From: Alphaproteobacteria bacterium
Lineage (GTDB): Bacteria; Pseudomonadota; Alphaproteobacteria; JAAXGF01
Assembly (NCBI GenBank): GCA_963555825.3
Contig: CAUVXB020000002.1
Location: forward strand, 1,120,001-1,184,000
Direction of reading: 5' to 3'
DNA length: 64,000 nucleotides
A program made the position numbers and the translations under genes. The notes under the pieces are model-generated. The model was not told the origin of the DNA and ran no database searches. It worked only from the letters and a program-made list of their open reading frames with translations. This document shows positions 49,476 through 60,374 of the stretch, one piece after another. The stretch's first letter is position 1. Every line of letters starts with the position of its first letter.

Positions 49476-50728
49476 CCGTCGACCTCGGCGAAGGGCAGGA
49501 AATCGACCATCGCGCCGCGCTCGAGACGGGTCATCGCCTCGGGCAACTCGACAAGGCCGTCGGCCTCGACCAGCGACGACAGGATGCCGGCGCCGCCGCG
49601 CGGGAACTTCGCGGCGACCAGCGTGCCGTCGTCGCTGGGCACCAGGCGGGCGCGCACCCACTCGCGGCGGTCGCGCTTCTTCTTGTGGTCGAAGTCGGCG
49701 CGCAGGCGGTAGATCAGCGGCGCAACCTGGGTCGCGCCGGCGAGGCGCAGGATCAGCGGCCGGGCGAAGCGCAGGAAGGTGACCATCGCGGCGACCGGGT
49801 TGCCGGGCAGGCCGACGAAGGGCACATGGCCGACCTGGCCGAGCGCGAGTGGCCGGCCCGGCTTGATCGCGAGGCGCCAAAAATGCAGGCTGCCTTGCGA
49901 TTCGACCGCCGCCTTGACATGGTCCTCCTCGCCGACAGAGACGCCGCCCGAGGTGAACAGCAGGTCGTGGTCGCGCGCCGCGTCGGCCAAGGCCGCGCAC
50001 ACGGTCGCGGCGTCGTCGGGCAGGATGCCGAGGTCGGTCACTGCGCAGCCCTGGGCCTCCAGGAGCGCGCTCAGCACGTAACGGTTCGAATCGTAGATCG
50101 CGCCGTCCGGCGCGTCGGCGCCCGGATCGCACAGCTCATCGCCGGTCGAGAACACAGCCGCGCGGAGCGGACGGTAGACCGTGAGCTCGCTCAGGCCGAC
50201 CGAGGCGGCGAGGCCGACGTCCTGAGGCCGTAGCCGATGGCCGGCGTGCAGGATGGTGGCGCCCGCCTGGATGTCCTCGCCGGCGTCGCGCCAGTTGGCG
50301 CCGCGCTTGATGCCGGCCATGATGACGACGGAGTCGCCCTCGGCGCGACAGTCCTCTTGCATCATCACCGTGTCGGGGCCCTCGGGCATGACCGCGCCGG
50401 TGAAGATGCGCAACGCCTCGCCGCGCCGCGCCGGTCGACCCAAAGGGTGGCCGGCGGCGATGCGGCCGGTCACCGGCAGTTGCGTCTCGCCGTCCGGGCT
50501 CAGGTCGTCGAAGAACACCGCATAGCCGTCGACCGCCGCGTTGTCGTGCGGCGGCACGGCGCGCCCGGCGACCACATCGGCAGCCAGGATGCGCCGGTTG
50601 GCGGCGCGCAACGGCACGGTCTCGGGCTCGGTCACCGCCGAGGCCACCTCGGCGATGCGCGCGAGCGCTTCGGCGGTGGTCATCAGCGGGCCGCCGTGAG
50701 CGAAACAATCGTCGGTCAACTGGGGCAT
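49472..50728 (-). CDS. moeA: Molybdopterin molybdenumtransferase
   Basis: NAAVDGYA, IFTGA, STGDEL, SGGVSVG, KPGRP, LPGNP. Confidence 0.96.
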   Translation of the reverse strand: MPQLTDDCFAHGGPLMTTAEALARIAEVASAVTEPETVPLRAANRRILAADVVAGRAVPPHDNAAVDGYAVFFDDLSPDGETQLPVTGRIAAGHPLGRPARRGEALRIFTGAVMPEGPDTVMMQEDCRAEGDSVVIMAGIKRGANWRDAGEDIQAGATILHAGHRLRPQDVGLAASVGLSELTVYRPLRAAVFSTGDELCDPGADAPDGAIYDSNRYVLSALLEAQGCAVTDLGILPDDAATVCAALADAARDHDLLFTSGGVSVGEEDHVKAAVESQGSLHFWRLAIKPGRPLALGQVGHVPFVGLPGNPVAAMVTFLRFARPLILRLAGATQVAPLIYRLRADFDHKKKRDRREWVRARLVPSDDGTLVAAKFPRGGAGILSSLVEADGLVELPEAMTRLERGAMVDFLPFAEVDG

Positions 50729-50731
50729 GGC

Positions 50732-51130
50732 TCAGCCCGCCTCTCGGGCGCAGGCGTCAACGATGGCGTCGGCGATCGCCACCGTATCGACCGCTGTGTC
50801 GGCGCGCGGCACACCCGGCGCACCGTCGAAGCCCTCGACCAGCACGACGTCGACCGGCGCCATCCGGCCGACCAGGTCGGCGATCGCCGGCGCGCCGTCG
50901 TGGCCGTGGATCAATGCCCAACGCTTGGCCGACGTCACCATGACTTCCGCCGCGCCCGCCGTGCGGTGGCGAAAACTGTCCTTGCCCGGCCGGTCGATGC
51001 CGTCGGGCGAGGCGACGCGTCTGATCACGGAGACCGAGAGGCCGCGGCGGCCGAGCTCGCCGACCAGCGCCGCAGTCGGCGCGGCATCGCCGTTCCGTCC
51101 GTCTCCCGCCAAGCCGAAAATCTTCGCCAC
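50732..51130 (-). CDS. mobB: Degenerate, short MobB-like protein
   Basis: IDRPGKDSFRHR.AGA and VDVVLVEGF retained; Walker A GKT absent. Confidence 0.7.
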   Translation of the reverse strand: MAKIFGLAGDGRNGDAAPTAALVGELGRRGLSVSVIRRVASPDGIDRPGKDSFRHRTAGAAEVMVTSAKRWALIHGHDGAPAIADLVGRMAPVDVVLVEGFDGAPGVPRADTAVDTVAIADAIVDACAREAG

Positions 51131-51160
51131 CGCTATGCCGTCCGATCGATCTGCCGGGCG

Positions 51161-51793
51161 TCAGCGCGCCGCGCTCGCGCGACGGGCATCCGTCGCGCGC
51201 GGCGTGGCGCTCGGCTCGGGGACGCTTTCGGGTGGCGATCCGTCGACATGCTTGAGCGCCAAGCGCAGATAGTCGAAGCCGGTCACGAGCGTCAGGACCG
51301 CGGCGATCCAGAGCAGCACCTCGCCGATCAGCACGGTCGTCACCGCGGGATGGAAGAAGACCGGCCCCGTCGCGCCGACCAGCAGGAAACCGATGGCGAC
51401 CATCTGGATCACCGTCTTCCACTTGGCGAGACGGCTGACCGGCATGCCGACCCGCAGCTCGGCGAGGAACTCGCGCAGGCCCGAGACGAGCAGCTCGCGA
51501 CACAGGATGATCACGGAGGCGAACAGCGGCGCGCGACCGAACGCCACCAGCATGAGGATCACCGAGGCGACGAGCAGCTTATCGGCGATCGGGTCGAGCA
51601 TGCGTCCGAGCAGCGAGTGCTCGTTGCGCGTGCGCGCCAGATAACCGTCGAAGAAGTCAGTGATGCCGGCGATCGTGAACAGCCCGCAGGAGACCCAGCC
51701 GGCGAGCGGCGAGTCCCAGTAGAACAGCGCAATGAGCGGCGGAATTACGCCGATGCGCGACAGGGTAAGCCAGTTCGGCAGATTGAGATTCAT
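51161..51793 (-). CDS. pgsA: CDP-diacylglycerol--glycerol-3-phosphate 3-phosphatidyltransferase
   Basis: NLPN.LT.SR, DFFDGYLAR, LDPIADKLL, RELLVSGLRE. Confidence 0.96.
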   Translation of the reverse strand: MNLNLPNWLTLSRIGVIPPLIALFYWDSPLAGWVSCGLFTIAGITDFFDGYLARTRNEHSLLGRMLDPIADKLLVASVILMLVAFGRAPLFASVIILCRELLVSGLREFLAELRVGMPVSRLAKWKTVIQMVAIGFLLVGATGPVFFHPAVTTVLIGEVLLWIAAVLTLVTGFDYLRLALKHVDGSPPESVPEPSATPRATDARRASAAR

Positions 51794-51838
51794 GCCTTGC
51801 GTCCGTCGCCGGGCGGTACTGCTGTATAGCACGAAATT

Positions 51839-53749
51839 TCAGGCCTCCGCGTGAAAATGCTCATAGATCGTACGCGCCACCGCGCGCGAGATGCCGGCAA
51901 CCTTCTCGAGGTCGACCAGACCGGCCTGCGCGACCTCGCGCGCCGAGCCGAAATGGTGCAACAGCGCCCGCTTGCGCTTGCCGCCGACACCCGGGATGTC
52001 GTCGAGCGTCGAGCGGCCGGTTGCCTTGCTGCGCTTGGCCCGGTGCGTACCGATCGCGAAGCGGTGCGCTTCGTCACGCAGTCGCTGGATGAAGTAGAGC
52101 ACCGGGTCCTGGGAATCCAGGGTGAGCGGCGGCCGCGCGGGCCGGAACAGCCGCTCGCGCCCGGCGTTGCGGTCGGCTCCCTTGGCGACGCCGACGAGGC
52201 CGACATCGGTGACGCCGAGATCGGCGAACACCTCGATCGCCAGATTGAGCTGACCCTGGCCGCCGTCGACCATGACCAGATCGGGCCAGCTCTCGCGATC
52301 GTGGTCGGGGTCTTCCTTCATCAACCGGGTGAAACGCCGGGTCAGCACCTGGCGCATCATCGCGTAGTCGTCGCCCGGCGTGATGCCGCCCGCGCCGACG
52401 TCCTTGATGGTGAACTTGCGGTAGGCATTCTTGATGAACCCCTCGGTCCCGGCGACGATCATGCTGCCGACCGCGTCGGTGCCCGAGATGTGACTGTTGT
52501 CGTAGACCTCGATGCGCGCCGGCGGCGCCTCGAGGCCGAGCCGCTTGGCGAGTCCCTCGAGAAGTCTGCGCTGGGCGGCGCTTTCCGAAAGCTTACGCGC
52601 GAGCGCGAGACGGGCGTTGCCGAGCGCGTGCTCGACCAGCTTGCGCCGGGCGCCACGCCGCGGACGCACGATATGCACGCGGCGTCCGGCGCGCAGGCTA
52701 AGCGCCTCTTCGATGAGGGCGCGTTCGGGCAGGTCGTGGCTGACCACGACGCGGCGCGGCACGTGCTTGTTCTCGTAGAACTGGCCGAGGAAGGCGGTCA
52801 AGACCTCGGCCGCCTCGGCGGCGCCGGCGCGCACCGGGAAATAGCTGCGGTTGCCGTAGTTCTGGCCCGAGCGGAAGAAGAACACCTCGACGCAGGTCTG
52901 CTCGCCGTCCTGGTGCACGGCGATGACGTCGGCCTCGCCGACGCTGGCGATGTTGATCTCCTGGCTCGCCTGGATCTGGGTCAGCGCGCGGATGCGGTCG
53001 CGGAACACCGCGGCGGTCTCGAAGTCGAGCGCGTCGCTCGCCGCCTGCATGCGCGCCACCAGCTTGTCCTGGACCTGCCGGCTGCGACCCGACAGGAAGG
53101 CGCGCGCCTCGCCGACCATCGCGGCATAGTCGGCCGCGCCGACGCGCCCGACGCAGGGCCCGGCACAGCGCTTGATCTGGTACTGCAGGCAGGGCCGCGT
53201 ACGGCTCGCGAATACGCTGTCCGAACAAGAGCGCAGCGGGAAGGCGCGCTGCAGCGCGTTCAGCGTCTGGTTGACCGCGCCGGCCGAGGCGAAGGGACCG
53301 AAGTACTCGCCCTTGCGGTTGCGCGCGCCGCGGTACTTGGTCAGTTGCGCCCAGTCGTGATCGCCGCGCAGCAGGATGTAGGGGAACGATTTGTCGTCGC
53401 GCAGCAAGATGTTGTAGCGCGGCCTGAGACGCTTGATCAGGTTCGCCTCGAGCAGCAGCGCCTCGACCTCGGTATGGGTGGTGACGACCTCGATCGTCGC
53501 GGTCTGCGCGACCATGCGCTTCAAGCGCGTCGAGAGCTTGCCGAGGTTGGCATAGGTCGCGACGCGCTTCTTCACGTTGCGCGCCTTGCCGACGTAAAGC
53601 GTCTCGCCTTTCGGCCCGAGCATGCGGTAGACGCCGGGCCGCGTCGGCAGGGCGCCGAGAGCCGCGGCGATGACGGCGCGGCCCGCCACCAGCGGCCTAT
53701 CGCCGGGCACGGGCGCGGGCGTGGAGTTGGGTTCGCTGCGTTCGGTCAT
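51839..53749 (-). CDS. uvrC: Excinuclease ABC subunit C (alternative GTG start at 53782)
   Basis: PGVYRM..YVGKA (GIY-YIG), DNSHISG, DGGQGQ, RDEAHRFA, HhH. Confidence 0.97.
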   Translation of the reverse strand: MTERSEPNSTPAPVPGDRPLVAGRAVIAAALGALPTRPGVYRMLGPKGETLYVGKARNVKKRVATYANLGKLSTRLKRMVAQTATIEVVTTHTEVEALLLEANLIKRLRPRYNILLRDDKSFPYILLRGDHDWAQLTKYRGARNRKGEYFGPFASAGAVNQTLNALQRAFPLRSCSDSVFASRTRPCLQYQIKRCAGPCVGRVGAADYAAMVGEARAFLSGRSRQVQDKLVARMQAASDALDFETAAVFRDRIRALTQIQASQEINIASVGEADVIAVHQDGEQTCVEVFFFRSGQNYGNRSYFPVRAGAAEAAEVLTAFLGQFYENKHVPRRVVVSHDLPERALIEEALSLRAGRRVHIVRPRRGARRKLVEHALGNARLALARKLSESAAQRRLLEGLAKRLGLEAPPARIEVYDNSHISGTDAVGSMIVAGTEGFIKNAYRKFTIKDVGAGGITPGDDYAMMRQVLTRRFTRLMKEDPDHDRESWPDLVMVDGGQGQLNLAIEVFADLGVTDVGLVGVAKGADRNAGRERLFRPARPPLTLDSQDPVLYFIQRLRDEAHRFAIGTHRAKRSKATGRSTLDDIPGVGGKRKRALLHHFGSAREVAQAGLVDLEKVAGISRAVARTIYEHFHAEA

Positions 53750-54137
53750 GGAAGCTGGACGGGCATTCGAATTGTGGGTCACCCATCATACATCAAAACG
53801 GCCGCTGCCCGCGCCTGCGAAGCGGCCATAGCCTACGGCATGGGCCGAGAAACGCGCGATCAAGCGGTCTGGAGTCCGCTGATCTTCACGAAACGGTCGG
53901 CCGCAAGGAAGCTGCTCCATTTCGCGCTTTAACCCTAGGCGGACGCTAACTCGGGGCCAACGGCCAAAGCCGCTATTCATTCTTGAATTGCAAGGACTTC
54001 GAGAATACCGGCGTCAACTCTGATCGGGCCGAACTTCTTGGTAGTATCGATCCGAGACTTCGAATAGGCCCATCGGGTAAGTGAACCAGCATGCGCGCCG
54101 GGTCAAGCGAAGAGCCGACGTCTCGCTTCCCGGACGC

Positions 54138-56210
54138 TCACCTGATTCCGGCTTCAACCAGTCCTTGAGTGAAGTGCTCACGCTCTTGTGCCCGGAGGAA
54201 CGGCGTCAAGGTGGTGAGCCATTCCAGGCAACTAAGATCGCGGTACTCCCGATAAGCAATCTGCTTCAATCGGAAATGCTGCTCGGCGGTGTCGGCGTAT
54301 GCCGCCGCGGTTTCGACATTGCCGAGGTAGGCATGGGTGGCCGCCAGATAGCCGGGCGTGTCGCAAAATACGTCGGGAATGGGTTCGAGGTAATCCAAGG
54401 CCTTGTCGTAGCTGCCGTCGAAGAAGTGGGCGGTCCCCAGACTCGAGTGATACCAATCCGGGTTGTAGGGATTGAGTCGAAGCGAGGCCTCTCCCGCGAG
54501 CACCGCTTCACGGACCTCACCGAAAAACGGCAGGCAGTAGGCCAGACACGCTCGGGTGAAAGCATCGTTGGGGTTCAGCAGGGTGGCCCGTTCGAGATGT
54601 TTCCTCGCCGCGTCGAACTCACCTTGGTAGAGGCGCATCATTCCCAAGATACAGCGCGGCTGCGCATCCGAGTCGTCGAGCTCGACCGCCCTGGATGCAA
54701 ATTTCAGGCACGCTTCCTGTTTCCAGTTCATCGGCGACCACGCATATCCGCTCCACTCGCTCATGTGGACCAGCGCCAGCCCGGAATAGGCGCGTGCGAA
54801 CTCGGGATCCTCGGCCGACGCCTGCTCAAAGCAGTCTTGCGCGCGAGCAAGAGCGACGGCATGGCGCGACTGGTGAAGATGACTCATGCCGCGCAACCAA
54901 TGGTCGTAGGTCCTCAGGCGCTGTGGTTCGAGACCTCGATTACTCGCCAGACGATCGGATTCGATTCTTCCGACCATCGATGCCACGATGCGGCCGGTCA
55001 CATCGTCACGGAGCCCGTGTAACGCCTGTCGGTCGAGGCTATGTATCTCGCTCCATACCTCCTGGTCCTTGCCTGTATCGAGCAGGTGCGTAGAGACCTG
55101 AAGCAAACCGCCTTTTTGTTCAATCGTGCCCGTCAAGAGATAACGCGCATCGAGACAGTGTCCGATGGTGGACGCGGCGAGCGATCGCCCTGCCAAGCTG
55201 AAGGATGATTCCCGTGCGATGACCGCCAACTCACGAAAACGGGTGAGCGCGGCGATGATTTCGCTGGCCAGGGCAGCGCCCAAATAGCGGCTGTCCGAAT
55301 CGATGCCAATAGTTTCAAAGGGCAACACCGCAACCACATTCTCCCCTGCGGCTGTCGGTCGACCCGCGCCGTCGGCTCGCTGCTCCGAAACGCTCGGGAC
55401 CACCAAGCGAGTGCACTTGGTCGAGACGGCGGGCGGTTCCTCCGCGGTATGCAGAAGCGCGACCGCCTCGTCGTCGACGATGGAGTTCAGGATCGCACGA
55501 TGGAGTCTTTGCGTGTCGGGATTCGGCTCGACATCCAATTCGTCACGCAAAACGGTCTCAAGATGTTGGTATTGCTTCAAGGCCGCGCCGACGCGGTCCT
55601 GGCTCCAGTACAGCCGGATGAGCGTATGGTGGGTGGCTTCGTCAAGAGGATCAAAGGCCAACAAACGCTGACCGATCGTAATGGCTCGATGCAGGGCACC
55701 GGTCTCAACAAAATGCGATAGCAATTGGGCATGAGCGCTATGTGCGAGTTGAAAAAAGCGCTCCCGCTCCAGGCGTACCCATTCCTCGAATGCGGATTCG
55801 GACACAGCTACGTCATCCAGGAGGCCGCCCCGGTAATGCTCCACTGCCAGTGCCAAGGAGGCGGGAGTGCCATCGGCGACCAACCTCTCTAGCTCACGCG
55901 CATCGACAGTAAGAATTTCGCCGTTAAGGACGATCTGCTCGCCTTGAGCGCAGAGCAGAGTCTCGCCCGACGCCTTCAGATCCTTACGCAGCCGGCTCAG
56001 CGTCTGACGCAGGTTGCCTCGTGCCTGCTTTTCGCTTTGATCTCCCCATAGCAAAGCGGCCAGCCGGGGGCGCGAATCCGAGAACCGCGGGCGCAGCGCC
56101 AGATAAGCCACCAGTCCCTTGGCCTTGCGGGTCGAGACATTTAGCGTCGACCCAGCGGGGTCGAGCATCATGAAGCTCCCGAACAGAGACAGGCTGAGCT
56201 TCGAATCCAT
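54138..56210 (-). CDS. SARP/BTAD transcriptional regulator with TolB-like and TPR domains
   Basis: LAALLWGD..ARGNLRQ, FEEWV..ER, DPLDE, VAVLPF..LTRFREL.VIAR, TPR repeats. Confidence 0.88.
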   Translation of the reverse strand: MDSKLSLSLFGSFMMLDPAGSTLNVSTRKAKGLVAYLALRPRFSDSRPRLAALLWGDQSEKQARGNLRQTLSRLRKDLKASGETLLCAQGEQIVLNGEILTVDARELERLVADGTPASLALAVEHYRGGLLDDVAVSESAFEEWVRLERERFFQLAHSAHAQLLSHFVETGALHRAITIGQRLLAFDPLDEATHHTLIRLYWSQDRVGAALKQYQHLETVLRDELDVEPNPDTQRLHRAILNSIVDDEAVALLHTAEEPPAVSTKCTRLVVPSVSEQRADGAGRPTAAGENVVAVLPFETIGIDSDSRYLGAALASEIIAALTRFRELAVIARESSFSLAGRSLAASTIGHCLDARYLLTGTIEQKGGLLQVSTHLLDTGKDQEVWSEIHSLDRQALHGLRDDVTGRIVASMVGRIESDRLASNRGLEPQRLRTYDHWLRGMSHLHQSRHAVALARAQDCFEQASAEDPEFARAYSGLALVHMSEWSGYAWSPMNWKQEACLKFASRAVELDDSDAQPRCILGMMRLYQGEFDAARKHLERATLLNPNDAFTRACLAYCLPFFGEVREAVLAGEASLRLNPYNPDWYHSSLGTAHFFDGSYDKALDYLEPIPDVFCDTPGYLAATHAYLGNVETAAAYADTAEQHFRLKQIAYREYRDLSCLEWLTTLTPFLRAQEREHFTQGLVEAGIR

Positions 56211-56254
56211 TCCCCACCTCCCGGATAAGTGAGTGTAGCCATGACATGCGGTTT

Positions 56255-56273
56255 GTCACGCTCAAGTCACGCT
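56255..56273 (+). promoter_or_regulatory. Putative SARP-type binding site
   Basis: GTCACGCT direct repeat with 11-bp periodicity in the divergent promoter. Confidence 0.55.
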
Positions 56274-56924
56274 GTTGTTCTCTGTATTCGGAAAGTCAGC
56301 CTGCAAACACCACGATACGCCCTACGGCGTGATCGAGGAAGAGAGCCGGCCCAAGGGAGGTTTCTGAGCCGCGCTTCCCCTATGAGATAGCGAGGGAAAG
56401 AAGATGAGCGAACCGTCAGGCGAATACGTCGAGGCCCATTACGTCGGAATGGAGATCATCTGGGGCAAGGGCTACATGTCGCCGGGCGGCGACGATGAGG
56501 TTGCCTCCGTGGTCGATGGCGTCGACATCCGGGGCAAAGGGGTTTTGGAGATCGGCTCCGGATTGGGCGGGTCCGCGGTCGCCTTGGCGGCGAACCATGA
56601 TCCGGGCCGGGTGATCGGGATCGACATCCAGAAGGAGCAGATCGAGCGGGCGACCCGATTGGCGGAGAGACGAGGGCTTTCCGACCGCGTCGAATTCCGC
56701 CTCGTCGAACCCGGACCATTGCCGTTTGCCGACGAGAGTTTCGATGTTGTCTTCAGTATGGGGACGTTCGTCCAGATTGCCGACAAACCGGCGCTCTTCG
56801 CCGAGATCTTCCGCGTCCTCCGGCGTGGCGGCACTCTCGCCGCCAACGACTGGCTGAGGGACCGCCCCCTCCCGCTTTCGGAGGAATTGGTGAATTTTAT
56901 GGAGAGGGTGGAGCTCACCTATCA

Positions 56925-58098
56925 TACCGCATCCGGCTGATCAGTTCGGATAGATGGTTTTGGGCCACCAGTGGAAGTCGATACGCCCCTTGAAGAGTTC
57001 GGGATTGGCATCGAGAGTGAGGCAGCGCCGGGCGACGACGGCGTCGAGTTCCTCGATGGTCTCGAAGTGTCTGTTTGCGACCGGCTCGTCGAGTACGGGC
57101 CAGAGACATTCGGCCGGTTGCAGCTGGGGCGTATAGGGCGGCAAGTAGACGAGGTGGAGGCCTTCCGGCACCGTGAGGTTCGGCGCCGTGTGCCACCCGG
57201 CGCCGTCGATCACCAGGATGATGATGCGGCTCTGCCCAGCGCCGGCCTCGCGGGCGAAGAGGGCGAGCAGCTTCTCGAAGAATGGCTTGGAGACACAATT
57301 GGAGATGTACCAAAAGGTCTCTCCGCTGGTCGGCGAGACGAGGGCGGTGACGTAGAGCCATTTGAAGCGGTGGTGGCCGAGCGCCACCGGGCGCATCCCG
57401 CGCGGCGCCCAGCAGCGCCGGGCCAATGGCTTCAGACCGAGCCGGTGTTCGTCGCTGGCGAAGACTTCGATCGGCGTGCCGGGGTGGCGCTCGGCTTCTT
57501 CCGCGACCAGGCGGTGAAGTTTTTTTTAAACGCCTGGCGTTCTTCCTCGCTCGCCGCCCCGGGGTTGTTCGGCCTGGGCACCTGCAAACTCCACTCGACT
57601 GCCTTCAGCGCCTCCCAGCCCCGTTGCGGCGCCACCGTCTCCAAGCCCAGTTCGCCCGCCATCCAAGCCGCCACCTTCGGCCCAGACCACAAGCCGCCGT
57701 CCGCCGGCGGCTTTTTCAGGCGCTCTTTCAACACCGCCAGGACTTCCGGCTTCAGGATCGTCGCCTCGGAGCCGTTCGAGCGTCGACGATCGCCCAGCGA
57801 CGACGGGCCGAGCTTGTTGTAGCGAGAAAGCAATTGTTCGAGCCAGCGTTGGCCGAAACTCGTCATCTCCGACACTTCGCGAACCGTATGGCCTTTGGCC
57901 AAAAGCCAGATCACCTGGAAGTGCCGCGCCTCCGTCGCCTCCGACGCCGAGCGATACCGTCCCTCCAACTCAGAAAGCTGCAAATGTTCCTCGACATGCG
58001 CCATGTCCCGCCCCTCCGCGAATCATGACTACGGATCCTAACCCTTTCCGATTCCAACGGGAATCCGTCGCAACCGAATCATTCAGGCGGAGTCGGTA
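56925..58098 (-). mobile_element. IS630-family element (frameshifted type)
   Basis: IRs TACCGCATCCGGCTGA / TCAGGCGGAGTCGGTA; TATCA at 56920-24 and 58097-101. Confidence 0.9.
56941..58004 (-). CDS. IS630 transposase joined by a frameshift at an A8 tract (57520-57527)
   Basis: HTH frame ...QAFKKN; second frame SDEHRLGLKP, DGAGWH, LPPYTPQLQPAE. Confidence 0.88.
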
Positions 58099-58443
58099 TC
58101 ACTGGGCCGCACCCGAAGAGATGCATGACGCCCTTGCCAGCGCCGGGTTCGTCGAGATCGCCCTGCGTGACCGCGCCGCGTGGTTCGCCGATCTGCTTGG
58201 CGAGGAAATCAAGAAGCTTGAAGCCGGCCCCATGAGAGCGGACCTGATCCGGGCGACCGATGAGGAGAGCGCCGAGGGGTGGCTGTGGTCATGGAGGCAG
58301 CAGGAATCCTTCGCCAGACAGCGGGAAATCTGCCCGACACAGATCCGGGCGGCCAAAGCAGCCTGACGCTGGCGGCGCTTTGTCCGCACCCGATTTCCTC
58401 TTTTATTCGAGAGAGAGAACCCCCGAGACGAAAGGAATCGCAC

Positions 58444-58818
58444 ATGAACCTACGCAAATCGTTGGAAGCATTCCCCGCGGACTTCGAAAAGGCTATCGCC
58501 TCGGGTGACGCCGAAACTGTTTCAGAGTTCTTCACCGAAGACGGTATGTTTCTCTTGCAGGGGAGACCAGTAGTGCGGGGGAAAGTCGAGCTGGTGTCGA
58601 TGTTTCAAGGCTGGATAGACAGCAAGCAAGCTGTTAGGCACGAAATTCTTACCTGTGAGGAGGACGGTGATCTGGCGTATGCGACGGGTACGTTTTCGGC
58701 CCAATATCAGAACGACCAGGGAGAAACGGATAAATTTTCGGGCAAGTACATCGACGTGTTCCGACGCCAGCCAGGCGGTCCGTGGAAGTGTCACGCATCT
58801 TGCGCATTTGCTGACTAA
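58444..58818 (+). CDS. NTF2-like/SnoaL (DUF4440) protein
   Basis: GDA..V.EFFTEDG, GDLAY, GKYIDVFRRQPGG.WK. Confidence 0.82.
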   Translation: MNLRKSLEAFPADFEKAIASGDAETVSEFFTEDGMFLLQGRPVVRGKVELVSMFQGWIDSKQAVRHEILTCEEDGDLAYATGTFSAQYQNDQGETDKFSGKYIDVFRRQPGGPWKCHASCAFAD

Positions 58819-58861
58819 ATATTCGAAGGCCTGAATGGCTGGTTGGGATCGAAATTCGGGA

Positions 58862-59203
58862 TCAGAACGGCCCGACACCGAGCTTTCGCAACCGCTTGAT
58901 CCGATGCTTCCGGTATGCCCGAATCTCGCGTGAAAGCGGGCTTCCGCGATCGAAATCCAAATGCGTGATCGACGTGATCCGCACCTTGCTCATTTCGCCG
59001 GGCCCGAAGTCGAGCGTGCAAACAATTCCGCCCTCATCGCCGGCATAGTTGACCGCGGTGACCGCGCATCGACGGGGAAGCTCCGGTTCCGTCGATTCTT
59101 CCCGCGAAGCGTCGAGCATACGGGTGCTGAGCTCGGCGCTCAGTGGAAGAACGGCCCGCATCATTTCCATCAGCGCCTCGGTCCTTTCGATGTTGTCGAT
59201 CAC
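58862..59203 (-). CDS. Hypothetical protein
   Basis: 113-aa ORF with a protein-like YAGDEGGIVC..SITHL block; no family recognised. Confidence 0.6.
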   Translation of the reverse strand: MIDNIERTEALMEMMRAVLPLSAELSTRMLDASREESTEPELPRRCAVTAVNYAGDEGGIVCTLDFGPGEMSKVRITSITHLDFDRGSPLSREIRAYRKHRIKRLRKLGVGPF

Positions 59204-59302
59204 GTCGGCATGTCCCTCGCCATGGGTTTCTTCGAGGATTCTGGGCGAATCAGGCGTTCGCGCGCCCTTTATAAGGCGGACGTTCGTGGTAAAGGCGCAC
59301 CC

Positions 59303-60280
<978 letters not shown>

Positions 60281-60374
60281 CTCGCCCCCATAACACCTCA
60301 CGCCCCACGGCGCGGCCTAAACAACCATCAAGCCGGCATCCGCGCAACCACCGATCGCTAGTGGATAGAATCCA

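Larger units (their letters stand above)
56404..58366 (+). pseudogene. Class I SAM-dependent methyltransferase (261 aa reconstructed) split by IS630
   Basis: IWGKGYMSPGG, LEIGSGLGG, LPFADESFD; ELTY|HWAAPEEM joins in frame on removing 56925-58101. Confidence 0.85.

Noticed and set aside
53783-54137. Possible tRNA or ncRNA at the island edge upstream of uvrC
   Set aside because: No cloverleaf, T-loop or CCA pattern found by eye.
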